Assembly (NCBI RefSeq): GCF_964204645.1
Contig: NC_134031.1
Coordinates: 19,847,910 to 19,911,909, forward strand
Length of the DNA stretch: 64,000 nucleotides
Direction: 5' to 3'
From: Tubulanus polymorphus
Taxonomy: Eukaryota; Animalia; Nemertea
The notes beneath the pieces were generated by a model. It searched no databases. It saw only the letters and a list, made by a program, of their open reading frames with translations, and was not told the DNA's origin. Both the position numbers and the translations under genes were made by a program. Shown here piece after piece: positions 24,052 to 37,049 of this stretch (its first letter is position 1; each line of letters starts with the position of its first letter).

Positions 24052-24283
24052 AATAAGCAGAATAATTTACTCACTATTTAACGTATCATTGAGAGCGTTA
24101 TTTGATTGTGGTAGAACAAAAAAAAACAATTGACAACCAGAAATTCAAATGTCGTCATGCAGGACTTTGGAATTTTTTTTCTGGAAGTCTATAGATTCTG
24201 TAGAATAGTGCCACGCGGTACTTGAAATGTACATTTTGACGCCGTTAAAACCGTTGTTTTTATACATTGTAATAAAGTTTTGA

Positions 24284-24558
24284 TGATTTTTTCACGGACA
24301 AGCGGTGTTAGATTTTATCACCGTTACGTGCTGCCCCTAATAATAAACAGCAAACATGCGAACTAAAAGACAACTGCGCAATATTCTAACTGTGGCATGC
24401 CAGTAATAAGTAAGTTCACGAAGTCAACGATATGTTTTGGGGAAGCACTTAACGGTTAATATTTGATGAATCCAATTCTGTTTAACTGGACGGTTAATAT
24501 TTTAATGAATGCAATTCTGTTTAACTGTACCTTATTTGATTAACCCCATACAAACTAT
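24284..24558. repeat. Second copy of the palindromic element plus flank seen at 22172-22460
   Basis: Direct sequence similarity read by eye. Confidence 0.7.
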
Positions 24559-25542
24559 TTGAATTAATTTGAATGCGGGATTTGCCATTAAATGCCCTTG
24601 ATGTTTTGAAAAACCCAGCGGTCCAATTGGCTTAATTCATTGAAAAAGATTAGATGTATATAAATCTCGCCGATGTTTTCATTTCTATAGTTTCCCGGGC
24701 GACCACCGTTTTCAGAGCAGAAATTTTGTAATTTGATTTAACACGGTCATTCTCGAAAAGGAAGTTTTTAAAACATTTTGAAATATCCCAAACGTCGTAT
24801 CACCGTAGAAACAACAATTTATGAGATGATTTTAAATAAGATTGACATTTCATTTTTTAAATGTTCGCGGTTAATCGTGGACGTGTTACATGTGTAGACT
24901 GGTTCGAGGGACATATTGGATGGTAGACTGGTTGCCGGTCTCTTGACAGCGAATGCAGGTGGCGCAGAATTAGACAGTCGACCAGTCTAATTGAATGGGT
25001 CGGGCAACCAGTCTACTACATATTATATTAGTTCACAGAAATTCCGCCTGGGGACCGTATGGTGCCGCCACTAAACACACGTGTTGTGTTCGAGAACTAA
25101 AGATGAAAGAAAGATCGGGGTTCGAACCTAGGTACGTTTGTATTTTAACACAGGGGCTTGTCACAATTTGACGGAGGATGGGTGACACCGGGGGGTGACA
25201 CCAGTATTTGGTATTTCTATCCCTGTGATAGATTCAGCTATCAGCAATGGATCGGGTTCGACCCCCGTCTCTCCATAAGTTCACACCATATATGTAATCA
25301 GTAAAAATGAACTGCAGACCGCTCAGAATTACATATCACCATCTTATTTTCCCCGACTAAATTTGTTGTATCAGATATATCGTCATCCAGAAGAATGCAT
25401 AATGAATACGGTTCATGCAAAACAAACACAAATGCCAGTGCACAACAAACTAACTCAATTATCATTGAATTACACATTAATTTATTTGTATAAAGAAAGC
25501 ATTTCTATGGGAAACAGTGTACAAAGCATTGATACCATTCAT

Positions 25543-25585
<43 letters not shown>

Positions 25586-28500
25586 ATAGTAATATACATA
25601 TAAATATACACACTGAGAGATTTAAATCAATCATACTTATATTCACTTTCCAGGGTAAGTGCTTAATCCCTGAAAAAGTGAAGCCCAGACATTCACCACT
25701 GATTCATACCTTGTGACAACTGTTTTTTTTTTGGCCAGCTAAAAGCCATAGTTGTTAAATTGCTTGCATTTCAGGCAAACACTAATTATTGATTATGTAT
25801 AGAACCGACCGTTGAAGGCTAGAAGCTTGCGAAAATGCGGAGAGAATTCATCAATTTTCTATCAGCACTGGCTCCACATTCGTTCCCGACATTGAGGGCT
25901 GGCCGAGTACCACTTCACAGGGACGAGTTCTAAACTCATCCTAATTCTAAATATACACATTAAGAAAGTCTCATTCACACTTAAATTACAACCTCCTACA
26001 TTCGATAGGTAAAAAACAACCAAGCGCAGGTGTTTATTATCATTACCAATTATCATCATAATAATCATTAATATTAATATTATATCATTATACTCATTAT
26101 TCACAAGGTTTGAAAATATCTATATACATATATATTATATAATATAACTATCATATCATCATTATCAATATTAAAATCTACATCCATCTAGTAATAGTTC
26201 ATTTCATTATTTTCAATAAGTACGTGTGATCATGAGCTATGACTAATCGATATCATCGACGCATCGCGATCGTTCAACGTCGACGTCAATCATCGGCGTT
26301 TTTAAAAACACTATCATCCGCTTTTCTTAATCATTTCGGCGATAAAATTAACGCCCGAAATTCGAGAATTCAATAATCGACAGTGACAAGCCCGAACTGA
26401 CTGCAACAAGGAGAAAACTCCCTCAAATAATGAGCGTACTGTGTATAAGATAAAAACAATAATTAAAACTTCAGATCGTCGCGACTAAAATTCTACTGAC
26501 ATTTCCGCGTCCATCGTAAGAGTGGAGAAAAAAAAATTAAAATACAAATGATTTTTTGTTCATCATTTTAAAAAAATCTTACTGCGTTTGCCATTTTAAA
26601 AAGGAACAAGTTGTCGACACTTCTGTCAGTCAGATTCATATAGAATGATTTAATATTTCAAAATGATTTCTAAACTATGTCGTCCATACAAACAATCATT
26701 TGCTCGGGTGGAGAAATTTTTTCATTCAAGCCATTTTTGAAAACGATCCGATAAAAGCAGGTCTGGCAGTTCCCCCGCGATAAAAACTAAAAATATTTCG
26801 AAAAAGCCATCGATACTGAAGATTGAGGAACATAACCTGAACCTGTATTGGATATGAATACAGACCTGTACAAATAAAGCATTGCTGTATAGACTTATAA
26901 TACACAAACACACATACAGTATACACGTGTACAACTCGGTGGATCAGATTCTACTTCATTAAGAAGCCACCAGGTGGAGTTGCGTTTGATTTTCACTATG
27001 ATAAGAGATTCTATCGGCTGATATACGGAAATCAACACTGGCAAGCGAGGATTTTGAAACTGGCTCAAACGTCAAAATCCCCTACCTATTATAATTTATA
27101 TTCCCAGAGTTAAACTTACAAAGAGCCCTCAATCTTTCCCTCTCCCTTTCCCTCTTACCTCTCTATCTCTCTCTCTCTCTTTGTTATACATATATATTAT
27201 ACCCTGTAAAACCATCTGGCACTTGGACTAATTAAACTCTCTCTTTCTCAGACTATGATCAATAATTCAATAATTCGTTTTTTTCAAAATATCGCTGTCT
27301 TTTCTTTCGCACATGGTATGTATGATATTATCGACACGAAGCGAGATTCTCGCACGAGAAACTTTTTATTAACTGATTGGCTGCAGTGAGCGGGCACACA
27401 GTAATAACAGGCCTGACAGCAGAGTATGCCGTGTTACAGCAGTACCACACATATATAAAAAACACAGTTCACCCGCGCCGGCACACGCCGCACGGCACAC
27501 GCAGCGTGTCCCATCTCTAAATGCAATCTCACGACTCACTCGCCGCAGTCTCCTTACACACTTATAGTCAACGCGATATGGTACGTCATGTGACCCGATA
27601 ATCCACCAATGGCCCGCGTCGGTACTGCACCACAGCGACCTCTAGTGTGACTAGTATCAAGCATCAGCTTCGTCATTGTTGTCGTTGTCATGGGGCCGGT
27701 GTGGTGGTGGTAGTTGTAGATGATTGTTAGTAGTAGTGGTGGTGGAATCATGTCATTTATCTGAGATTTCAGAAGGGGGCGGAGGGCCTGCAAAATATAG
27801 AGCAAGCTTCATATCATATATAGGTCAGTAGTAAAGCAAGCAAATAAACAGTGCACGACCTGAATCCAGAGATAAACCCGGTCAATTCGCACAACATTGG
27901 ACTTCAGTTTAAGCCTGGAACCAGGTCCTCGATCAATAATCAATAATTATTTATAAGGACTCAGTTTAGCATAAAAATCAAATCAAATCTGTGAAACAGG
28001 GACCAGTTGAACAGTCGTGACTTAAAGACCAGCCTAAGACCATATTGTTTTTATAGCCATTCAACTTAAGTCATAAGATTTAAGATCAATTTTGGGCTTA
28101 AAGTCTTTACTATGGAACCTGCCCCTGATGCATGTTCCGCTATGTAACTTAAAACTTGTGAATGGTCTTCCAGATTCTTGGAACTTAGTCTGGTATTAAA
28201 TTAAGTCTAGATTGCGGAACTGGGTACAGTATGAGTTTATTTAACGGGCATTGGTAAATTATTAGTATCTCACAAATTCAGATGATTCGATTCGATTTAA
28301 AATCATCTTCAAACCTTTTGATTTTTAGTTCGGTTAATCACAACAAAACATATCGAACTGGAATTCATCAATCAGTAATTAATTGACAGATTCCAGGCAA
28401 CACACGGCGAAATCATAAAATATTAGTGAATATTATTTGAACAGATTATCATATACCTACAGTGAAAATCACTTAAGTCTTCACAGTCAGGACGATCATT

Positions 28501-29529
28501 ACGCTGATGGCAAATGAAGACTTAACTGAGTTTGACCGCTGCATCACGAGAATAATAATAGATCAATTCTTAACCTGACAGTTTCTTACGTCAACATCGT
28601 TCAACCAATTGAATTTCAGCAGAACAACCGCGAGATGAAAGGCTAACTGTCAGATTTAGTATGAACGCAACTATTTTTTATGTCCAATTTTACCTCAATT
28701 TAACATTTTTTCACACTTCGAAAACATATATCGAATTTATCATTTCAAGATAGAAATACAGTCGAAGTTTATTATAACGCCATCCATTTTAATGCCACTG
28801 CTCATTAAACGCCAACATTTTTCAGAGAATATATTTGCTCAAAAACCTCAAATTCAATTGAAATACCATTCTTTATAATGCAAAACTTATTATAAAAGAG
28901 TGTTTTTCAAGGGTTCGACCAGTGGCATTTATGAAGGACTTTTACTGTAAACATTTTTGAATATGTCTTGAATGAAGTTGTTTGAGAAAAATTGAGATAC
29001 AAACACCTTACAATGAGTCAACCGATTCATGCAAAAAAGGCGCTAGATTTAGAGGCGGTTTCGTTGTTTGACAGATGTATTGAATGAGTTCACAGCATCA
29101 CGGATTCTCAATCATCAGTTCATCGACCACAGCAGCGGGCGAACGCAATTTCATGCAGCCGAGAAATTGTAGTTAAAGATAAAGCATGCGTTCATTTTCA
29201 TAGCGATATTAGATTCAGAGGGGACGTGATAAAAAAATCATTGGCGGCGATTTCAAGATCAATTTCATGACAAATCGTTCTTCAGATTGAAACACGGGGA
29301 GGGAGGGAATAATGCTGTTAGTGTAAATAAACATTGTGCACTGGGAGAAAAATAAAGCGAGAAAGAGAATAGAGAAACAATAAAATGAAAAACACAGTAA
29401 AAATAGAGAAATACGCACACATCAGGTCTGCATTAACCAGTCTTTAACCAATGGTTTAGATAAAACTTCAGCTGTAAGCAACATTGAATCAATGCATATA
29501 AGATATGCTTCTTTTTAACATGTGCAGTC

Positions 29530-29717
29530 GTGAGGGGGAAGCAGTTAGGGCCAGAGGAGGGGGAAGTTGTTAAGGTCATGGGAGGGGGAAGTAGTTAGGG
29601 TCATGGGAAAAGATTGTGGTGAGGGGGCAGGGGGCAGGGGGAAGCAGTGAAATGAAGGTCATGGGAGAGGGGCAGGGGAAGCAGTGAGGGGTCAGGGCAT
29701 TGAGGGGTCAGCAGGGG
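29530..29717 (+). repeat. G-rich degenerate minisatellite (GAGGGGGAAGYAGTTAGGG-like units), G-quadruplex potential
   Basis: Many G3-G5 runs with short spacers. Confidence 0.6.
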
Positions 29718-30184
29718 ATCAAAAATCTATATCAACCATTTATGAATTCAGAGGCCCACAAGAATCAAGCTTTAAGCGAAAAATCTGATCGGAAAAGACG
29801 CAGATCGATATAAACACATCTACATGGAAATAATTGGCAAGAAATGGTGAAAATAAATGCGAAAGATGATTGGTTAGTTTTCTATACGCGTGAATATTTA
29901 GGGGATGGATTGGAAGGAAGTTGTACAGACTATGATCTAACCATTGTGGAAATCGGGCCACTCTACAGGAAGGGGCGGGTGTCAGCAGCGGGTAACCAGC
30001 TGCGGGCGTACCGTTCATAAGATAATAACCTCTCAACAAAAATAAGCCACTAGTCTTACATACATCTCACACACAGGACAACAATACAATAACAAACTCC
30101 CAAAGCACCCAGTACATTGTACATACATTTATATTACTAACTCTGTCCAGAGTGGTATTTAATTACCAGCATTACAACCATTCA

Positions 30185-32424
30185 ACTGACAGGTTTAACA
30201 GTGCCCTAAACCTAACTGACAGGGTTAGAGACAGTACCCTAAACCTAACTGACAGGGTTAGAGACAGTACCCTAAACCTAACTGACAGGGTTAGAGACAT
30301 AACCCTAAACCTAACTGACAGGGTTAGAGACAGTACCCTAAACCTAACTGACAGGGTTAGAGACAGTACCCTAAACCTAACTGACAGGGTTAGAGACAGT
30401 ATCCTAAACCTAACTGACAGGGTTAGAGACAGTACCCTAAACCTAACTGACAGGGTTAGAGACATTACCCTAAACCTAACTGACAGGGTTAGAGACAGTA
30501 CCCTAAACCTAACTGACAGGGTTAGAGACATTACCCTAAACCTAACTGACAGGGTTAGAGACAGTACCCTAAACGTAACTGACAGGGTTAGAGACAGTAC
30601 TCTAAACCTAACTGACAGGGTTAGAGACAGTACCCTAAACCTAACTGACAGGGTTAGAGACAGTACCCTAAACCTAACTGACAGGGTTAGAGACAGTACC
30701 CTAAACCTAACTGACAGGGTTAGAGACAGTATCCTAAACCTAACTGACAGGGTTAGAGACAGTACCCTAAACCTAACTGACAGGGTTAGAGACAGTACCC
30801 TAAACCTAACTGACAGGGTTAGAGACAGTACCCTAAACCTAACTGACAGGGTTAGAGACAGTACCCTAAACCTAACTGACAGGGTTAGAGACAGTACCCT
30901 AAACGTAACTGACAGGGTTAGAGACAGTACCCTAAACGTAACTGACAGGGTTAGAGACAGTACCCTAAACCTAACTGACAGGGTTAGAGACAGTAACCTA
31001 AACCTAACTGACAGGGTTAGAGACAGTACCCTAAACCTAACTGACAGGGTTAGAGACAGTAACCTAAACCTAACTGACAGGGTTAGAGACAGTACCCTAA
31101 ACGTAACTGACAGGGTTAGAGACAGTACCCTAAACGTAACTGACAGGGTTAGAGACAGTACCCTAAACCTAACTGACAGGGTTAGAGACAGTACCCTAAA
31201 CCTAACTGACAGGGTTAGAGACAGTATCCTAAACCTGACTGACAGGGTTAGAGACAGTACCCTAAACCTAACTGACAGGGTTAGAGACAGTACCCTAAAC
31301 CTAACTGACAGGGTTAGAGACAGTACCCTAAACCTAACTGACAGGGTTAGAGACAGAACCCTAAACGTAACTGACAGGGTTAGAGACAGTACCCTAAACG
31401 TAACTGACAGGGTTAGAGACAGTACCCTAAACCTAACTGACAGGGTTAGAGACAGTACCCTAAACCTAACTGACAGGGTTAGAGACAGTATCCTAAACCT
31501 GACTGACAGGGTTAGAGACAGTACCCTAAACCTAACTGACAGGGTTAGAGACAGTACCCTAAACCTAACTGACAGGGTTAGAGACAGTACCCTAAACCTA
31601 ACTGACAGGGTTAGAGACAGTACCCTAAACCTAACTGACAGGGTTAGAGACAGTACCCTAAACGTAACTGACAGGGTTAGAGACAGTACCCTAAACGTAA
31701 CTGACAGGGTTAGAGACAGTATCCTAAACCTAACTGACAGGGTTAGAGACAGTACCCTAAACCTAACTGACAGGGTTAGAGACAGAACCCTAAACGTAAC
31801 TGACAGGGTTAGAGACAGTACCCTAAACGTAACTGACAGGGTTAGAGACAGTACCCTAAACCTAACTGACAGGGTTAGAGACAGTACCCTAAACCTAACT
31901 GACAGGGTTAGAGACAGTACCCTAAACGTAACTGACAGGGTTAGAGACAGTATCCTAAACCTAACTGACAGGGTTAGAGACAGTACCCTAAACCTAACTG
32001 ACAGGGTTAGAGACAGAACCCTAAACGTAACTGACAGGGTTAGAGACAGTACCCTAAACGTAACTGACAGGGTTAGAGACAGTACCCTAAACCTAACTGA
32101 CAGGGTTAGAGACAGTACCCTAAACCTAACTGACAGGGTTAGAGACAGTATCCTAAACCTGACTGACAGGGTTAGAGACAGTACCCTAAACCTAACTGAC
32201 AGGGTTAGAGACAGTACCCTAAACCTAACTGACAGGGTTAGAGACAGTACCCTAAACCTAACTGACAGGGTTAGAGACAGTACCCTAAACCTAACTGACA
32301 GGGTTAGAGACAGTACCCTAAACCTAACTGACAGGGTTAGAGACAGTATCCTAAACCTAACTGACAGGGTTAGAGACAGTAACCTAAACCTAACTGACAG
32401 GGTTAGAGACAGTACCCTAAACCT
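30185..32424. repeat. 33-bp tandem satellite, ~68 copies, consensus ACCCTAAACCTAACTGACAGGGTTAGAGACAGT
   Basis: Directly visible, highly homogeneous and without indels. It produces the repetitive 759-aa ORF (TLNLTDRVRDS)n. Confidence 0.98.
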
Positions 32425-32478
32425 CCATTGATATTTTGTGAAGTTTTTTAGCGCTACAACAAAAACTACATAAACTGA

Positions 32479-34480
32479 TCACATGACATCGACGAAAAAC
32501 TCACAAGGATTTCCCATCGCCATTCGGAACGATTGTCGACTACCGCTGAGATCTTCGCCGACGTCTTCACCAGGTGGCACCACCGGCGCAGGAGGTGGTG
32601 GAGGTATAGGTGGCGCCACACGTTGGACACTAGCTAAACTAGCGGTCTCCGTATCGCTGCCGCCACTTCCTCCGGGACTAGCTGATTTACGTTCTAATTT
32701 CTCCACTTTCTCTTTTTTGTGCTTTCCGCTGCTTCCCGATGCGCTGCTGCCACCTGTTAATGAATAAGAGAAACATAAATCCAGTGATTTCCACGAGAGG
32801 TATTAGACCAGCCCTATCACAACGAACCCTCTGAAAAACCCAGTCACACTTTTTAAAATATTTCTGCTGTCCCTCTATGTATTAAGTTGATATGAATTCT
32901 AACAATATTAACATTGATTATTGCATGATTAATTAGTGAATTGATATAAAGAAAAAAATAGTAGGTAGATTACACCGAAATCAAGTTTGATTTTCTATAG
33001 CCGAGATCGAAAGCATTGCTACTTCAGCGGACACTATGTTATTCACCGAACAATCAAATCAAAAAATTGATTATACCCTTATACTGATATCAGGACATAG
33101 CATGACAGGATAGGAGTGGGACACTGACAATGAACAGGCCCGTCCGTACACAGGCTATATTTTGGGTGGGTGGTAACTTTTGACAACAGCGTGCTCTGTA
33201 GGCGTGAAGCCTCCTGTAGGGGACTTTTGGGGTCGTCATTCTTAAAAAAATTTTAGGCGTTTTAGATGCATTTTCATCCAATGTTAATGAATATTTCATA
33301 CAACAAAATCAGCGAATCGTTAATAAAGTCCAATAAATTTTCTTAGATGAAACATAGTGTAACTCGGTATGTTGCGGGGAGGTATGTTTGCACCCCACAC
33401 ATTCCCCCTGCGTACGGGGCCTGAATGGATGATCGTATATTTAATCGAGCCTTGAGACAACAATGTCTGCCAGATATCAGCGCGTAACAAAAGCGAACCC
33501 GGCGGGCATTCGTAGACAAATACGAGCTATAAAGAGCTGAAATGATCTATATCTACAGACAGTAAAATCCATCCACTTGTCTCATTAGATCTGTTTATTA
33601 GTAATTAATCGTTCTCGAGAGAATCTGCACAACGATTTTTAGCCGAGTTTCATGTTGCCGTCTGCGAAAACTCCCGGAAAATATCGCTTTTCGATGAATT
33701 AACGAAAACACGTCGAAATACAGAAATAACGAATGTTTAAAAAGAGGAAGAAAATTGAGTCGGATTTTTAATTGCCCTATGAGAGAATTTGATTTGTTTA
33801 TGAAACATTTTCGAAAACTGACGATTCAACTGAAAATTTATTGATATTTTTTTGAAGGCAACAAAGCGTTTTCAAAGTTTGTCTTCAAATGTGTAGTAAA
33901 GACATTGATAGGCATACAGCTTAAAATTCAAAATAGAAGGAAAATATTATTTCTGAGACCATTTTCTGATTCTCCATACCTTTTCCATAGCCATAGAAAA
34001 AAAAATGAAATTTTCTATGATTTTTTCAGGGCGGGGTGAAAATTTTTCCAAGATTTTCCAAAACCGATAAGAACCCTGATTTTATATCATATTTCACAGG
34101 GCTTTCAAACCACCAGAAGGGTAAAATAGATAAATCATGAAACAAGAGTAATAAAGTAATAACGTATAGATCTGAATTATTGAAAAAACCCAATTGAAAA
34201 CGTTTTGCCCGTATAGAATGGAAAATAGTTCCCGTATTGATCACTAGGTGCCAGCACAAGCGTATAGATAAGAGGCTGGATGGCGAATCAAGCGATGTAG
34301 GTTTACAGACCTTGCTCGATGGTTTCATAGATCGCACTAGGCGGTAGGATCATATGACTAGAAGATAGTTTTTTTTCCTGGTCCCAGAGACGCCGGATTT
34401 GTTTGACCGTGTGACTAAGTATACACGCGCATGTGTTTACTGCTGTTGACAAATAACATCAATTAATCAATTAAATCTTT

Positions 34481-34527
<47 letters not shown>

Positions 34528-36973
34528 CCTGTAATTCATGTAATTCATGCCTGCTTTCAGGAGAGACTAAAATAATTGATAATTTTTTCATCTTTTCATT
34601 TATCAGGTTAAACTGGGGATAGTAACATTCATTTCGGCGATATAAACTAAATCACCTAAACACAAATATAGAAATCAATGAATTTCTGCGTCTGAAAATC
34701 GAAGCCTATTCTTCTCCCAAAAAAACTGCAGACTAAACTGTAATTCGAGACGGACGCGACGACAAAGAAGCGATGAGTCGTCGGTCGGTGTCAACCGAGT
34801 ACACGTCGCAGTCAACGCGCAATCACCGATGAATAGTCACCCGTGGAGACCGTCGACTACAACAATGAAAGCCGTTACACAAATCATCCATACTTGAAAT
34901 CGACAGACGGAAGATCGGATATTTTTCACATACATGAAACAGTATACGATTCCTCTACAGGGAGAAAAATAAAACGGCGACAAAGTAAAACTTTTTAAAA
35001 TTAGACACCGATATAGCTTAGAGCGTCGAGTGACATTTTATCGGTAAAAACCTCGGAAGGTTCTATTATCATTCCAAGAATGCGCGTTGAATTGAGTTCG
35101 CCGATGGTAGCTAGGGTGGCGCACACCGATACACACACACTCGACGATCAGCAGATCGTACAAAGAGAACTGCTGCTAAAAATCAATGTCTAGACTAATT
35201 GAAGGTGAAGAATGGATGGATGAATGTCGCTCGCTCCTCGCACGCTCCTCGCACACAGCAGTGATCAGACATCGGTTCGTTCTCTATCATCATTGATCAT
35301 CAATCAATCAATGAGAACATTTTAACCTCTACGAGAAAACTACAAGCAGACTTTAACTCTGCACCTCATTACCATACATATATATATATATATACTCGTA
35401 GCACGAACCCTCGAGACAGCAGAGAGCTTCTGCGATCAGACCTACTTATCTTATCCTTCCATCAGACCCAACTTTACCCTTCCATCAGACCCTACTGATC
35501 TTACCCTTCTAATCAGACCCTACTGATCTTACCCTTCCATCAGACCTTACTGATCTTACCCTTCCATCAGACCCTACTGATCTTACCCTTCTAATCAGAC
35601 CTTACTGATCTTACCCTTCCATCAGACCTTACTGATCCTTCCCTTCTAATCAGACCATACTGATCCTTCCCTTCCAACAGACCCTACTAAACTTACCCTT
35701 ACATCAGACCCTACTGATCTTACCCTTCTAATCAGCCCTCACTGATCTTACCCTTCCATCAGACCTTACTGATCCTTCCCTTCTAATCAGACCATACTGA
35801 TCCTTCCCTTCCAACAGACCCTACTAAACTTACCCTTACATCAGACCCTACAGATCTTACCCTTCCATCAGACCCTACAGATCTTACCCTTCCATCAGAC
35901 CCTACAGATCTTACCCTTCCATCAGACCCTACAGATCTTACCCTTCTAATCAGACCCTACAGATCTTACCCTTCCATCAGACCCTACAGATCTTACCCTA
36001 TAATATCCCTGAATAGACTCGCAAATACCTCAACAATCAGGGGACAATTTTTGAGCCAACAGTTTCAACGCGGCTCATTTATTTCATAGTTCAAGGTGAA
36101 TTTTTTAACAGTTTTCACCCAGTTATCGAGCATCGATCTAAAATCTGAGATAGATGACGACGATGAGTGGAGATTGACCGGCGATGAAGCGAGAGGGAGA
36201 TAGAAAACTAACCAGATCCACTGTGGACACTACCGTCGCGTTGAGGAACAACGTTCGTATATCCGATTGTTTCCGTCGTGTAATTATACGGCATCGATGC
36301 ATAGCTTCCGTAGTTACTACTGTTATATATATATTGATTGTTCCAGGCAGGTGGCGGTAGCGGTGCGAGCGTATCGCGATCGGCCTCCGATACGGAATCC
36401 ACGTCGTCTAGACTCAACGTCGATAGAGCTGAAAATAAATAAATACAAAACGACATCAGAAAAACGACCTCGATAAATTACATGAATACATTGCGTAAAC
36501 AGGCTCCTCACAGAACGGTCAATCGGGATATTTGGACTTTTCAAAGAGTTTTATAGGAAAAATTTCAGATTTCGAGGAAGTATTCGCCTTCCTCCTAAAT
36601 CTGTTTATCTCGGTAAACTATCCCATACACTACCTAAACTCAGTTTCTAAATCAGTAACCGCCTTATTGGGAAAATCTAGGCCCCAACTGTATCGATTTC
36701 TGTACAACTGGACAATAATTTCTTACTACGAAACGATATTCATGATTTGATGAAAGATCAGAAATAGACAGGTGAATTGATGGACCGAGTTACGATAGAA
36801 GCTTAGTAAAATCTATTCGTCTCATTGTACTCGGGTAAACGAATGTTTTTTGTTCGATACATGTATTCATCATTCAATGACTGAGCGAGAGGAGAAACTA
36901 TTATTGTTATTTTTATGAGAGGATTTTTGGTGTATATTGTGTGTAAGTGTCTGTGCGTGACTGTAACGCTGTC

Positions 36974-37049
<76 letters not shown>

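Noticed and set aside
25113-25270. tRNA genes at GGTTCGAACC / GGTTCGACCC B-box-like motifs (also ~20245, 22364, 62921)
   Set aside because: No cloverleaf or properly spaced A-box could be built. At most these are decayed SINE fragments.
30185-32424. CRISPR array or true telomere
   Set aside because: There are no unique spacers or cas genes and the context is eukaryotic. It is not a pure TTAGGG tract and it is flanked by genes on both sides.
30152-32431. 759-aa ORF (TLNLTDRVRDS)n as a real, heavily N-glycosylated protein
   Set aside because: It starts with GTG, has no signal peptide, and I found no convincing upstream exon. A 33-bp stop-free unit yields a long ORF automatically. Ribosome profiling or proteomics would be needed to revive it.
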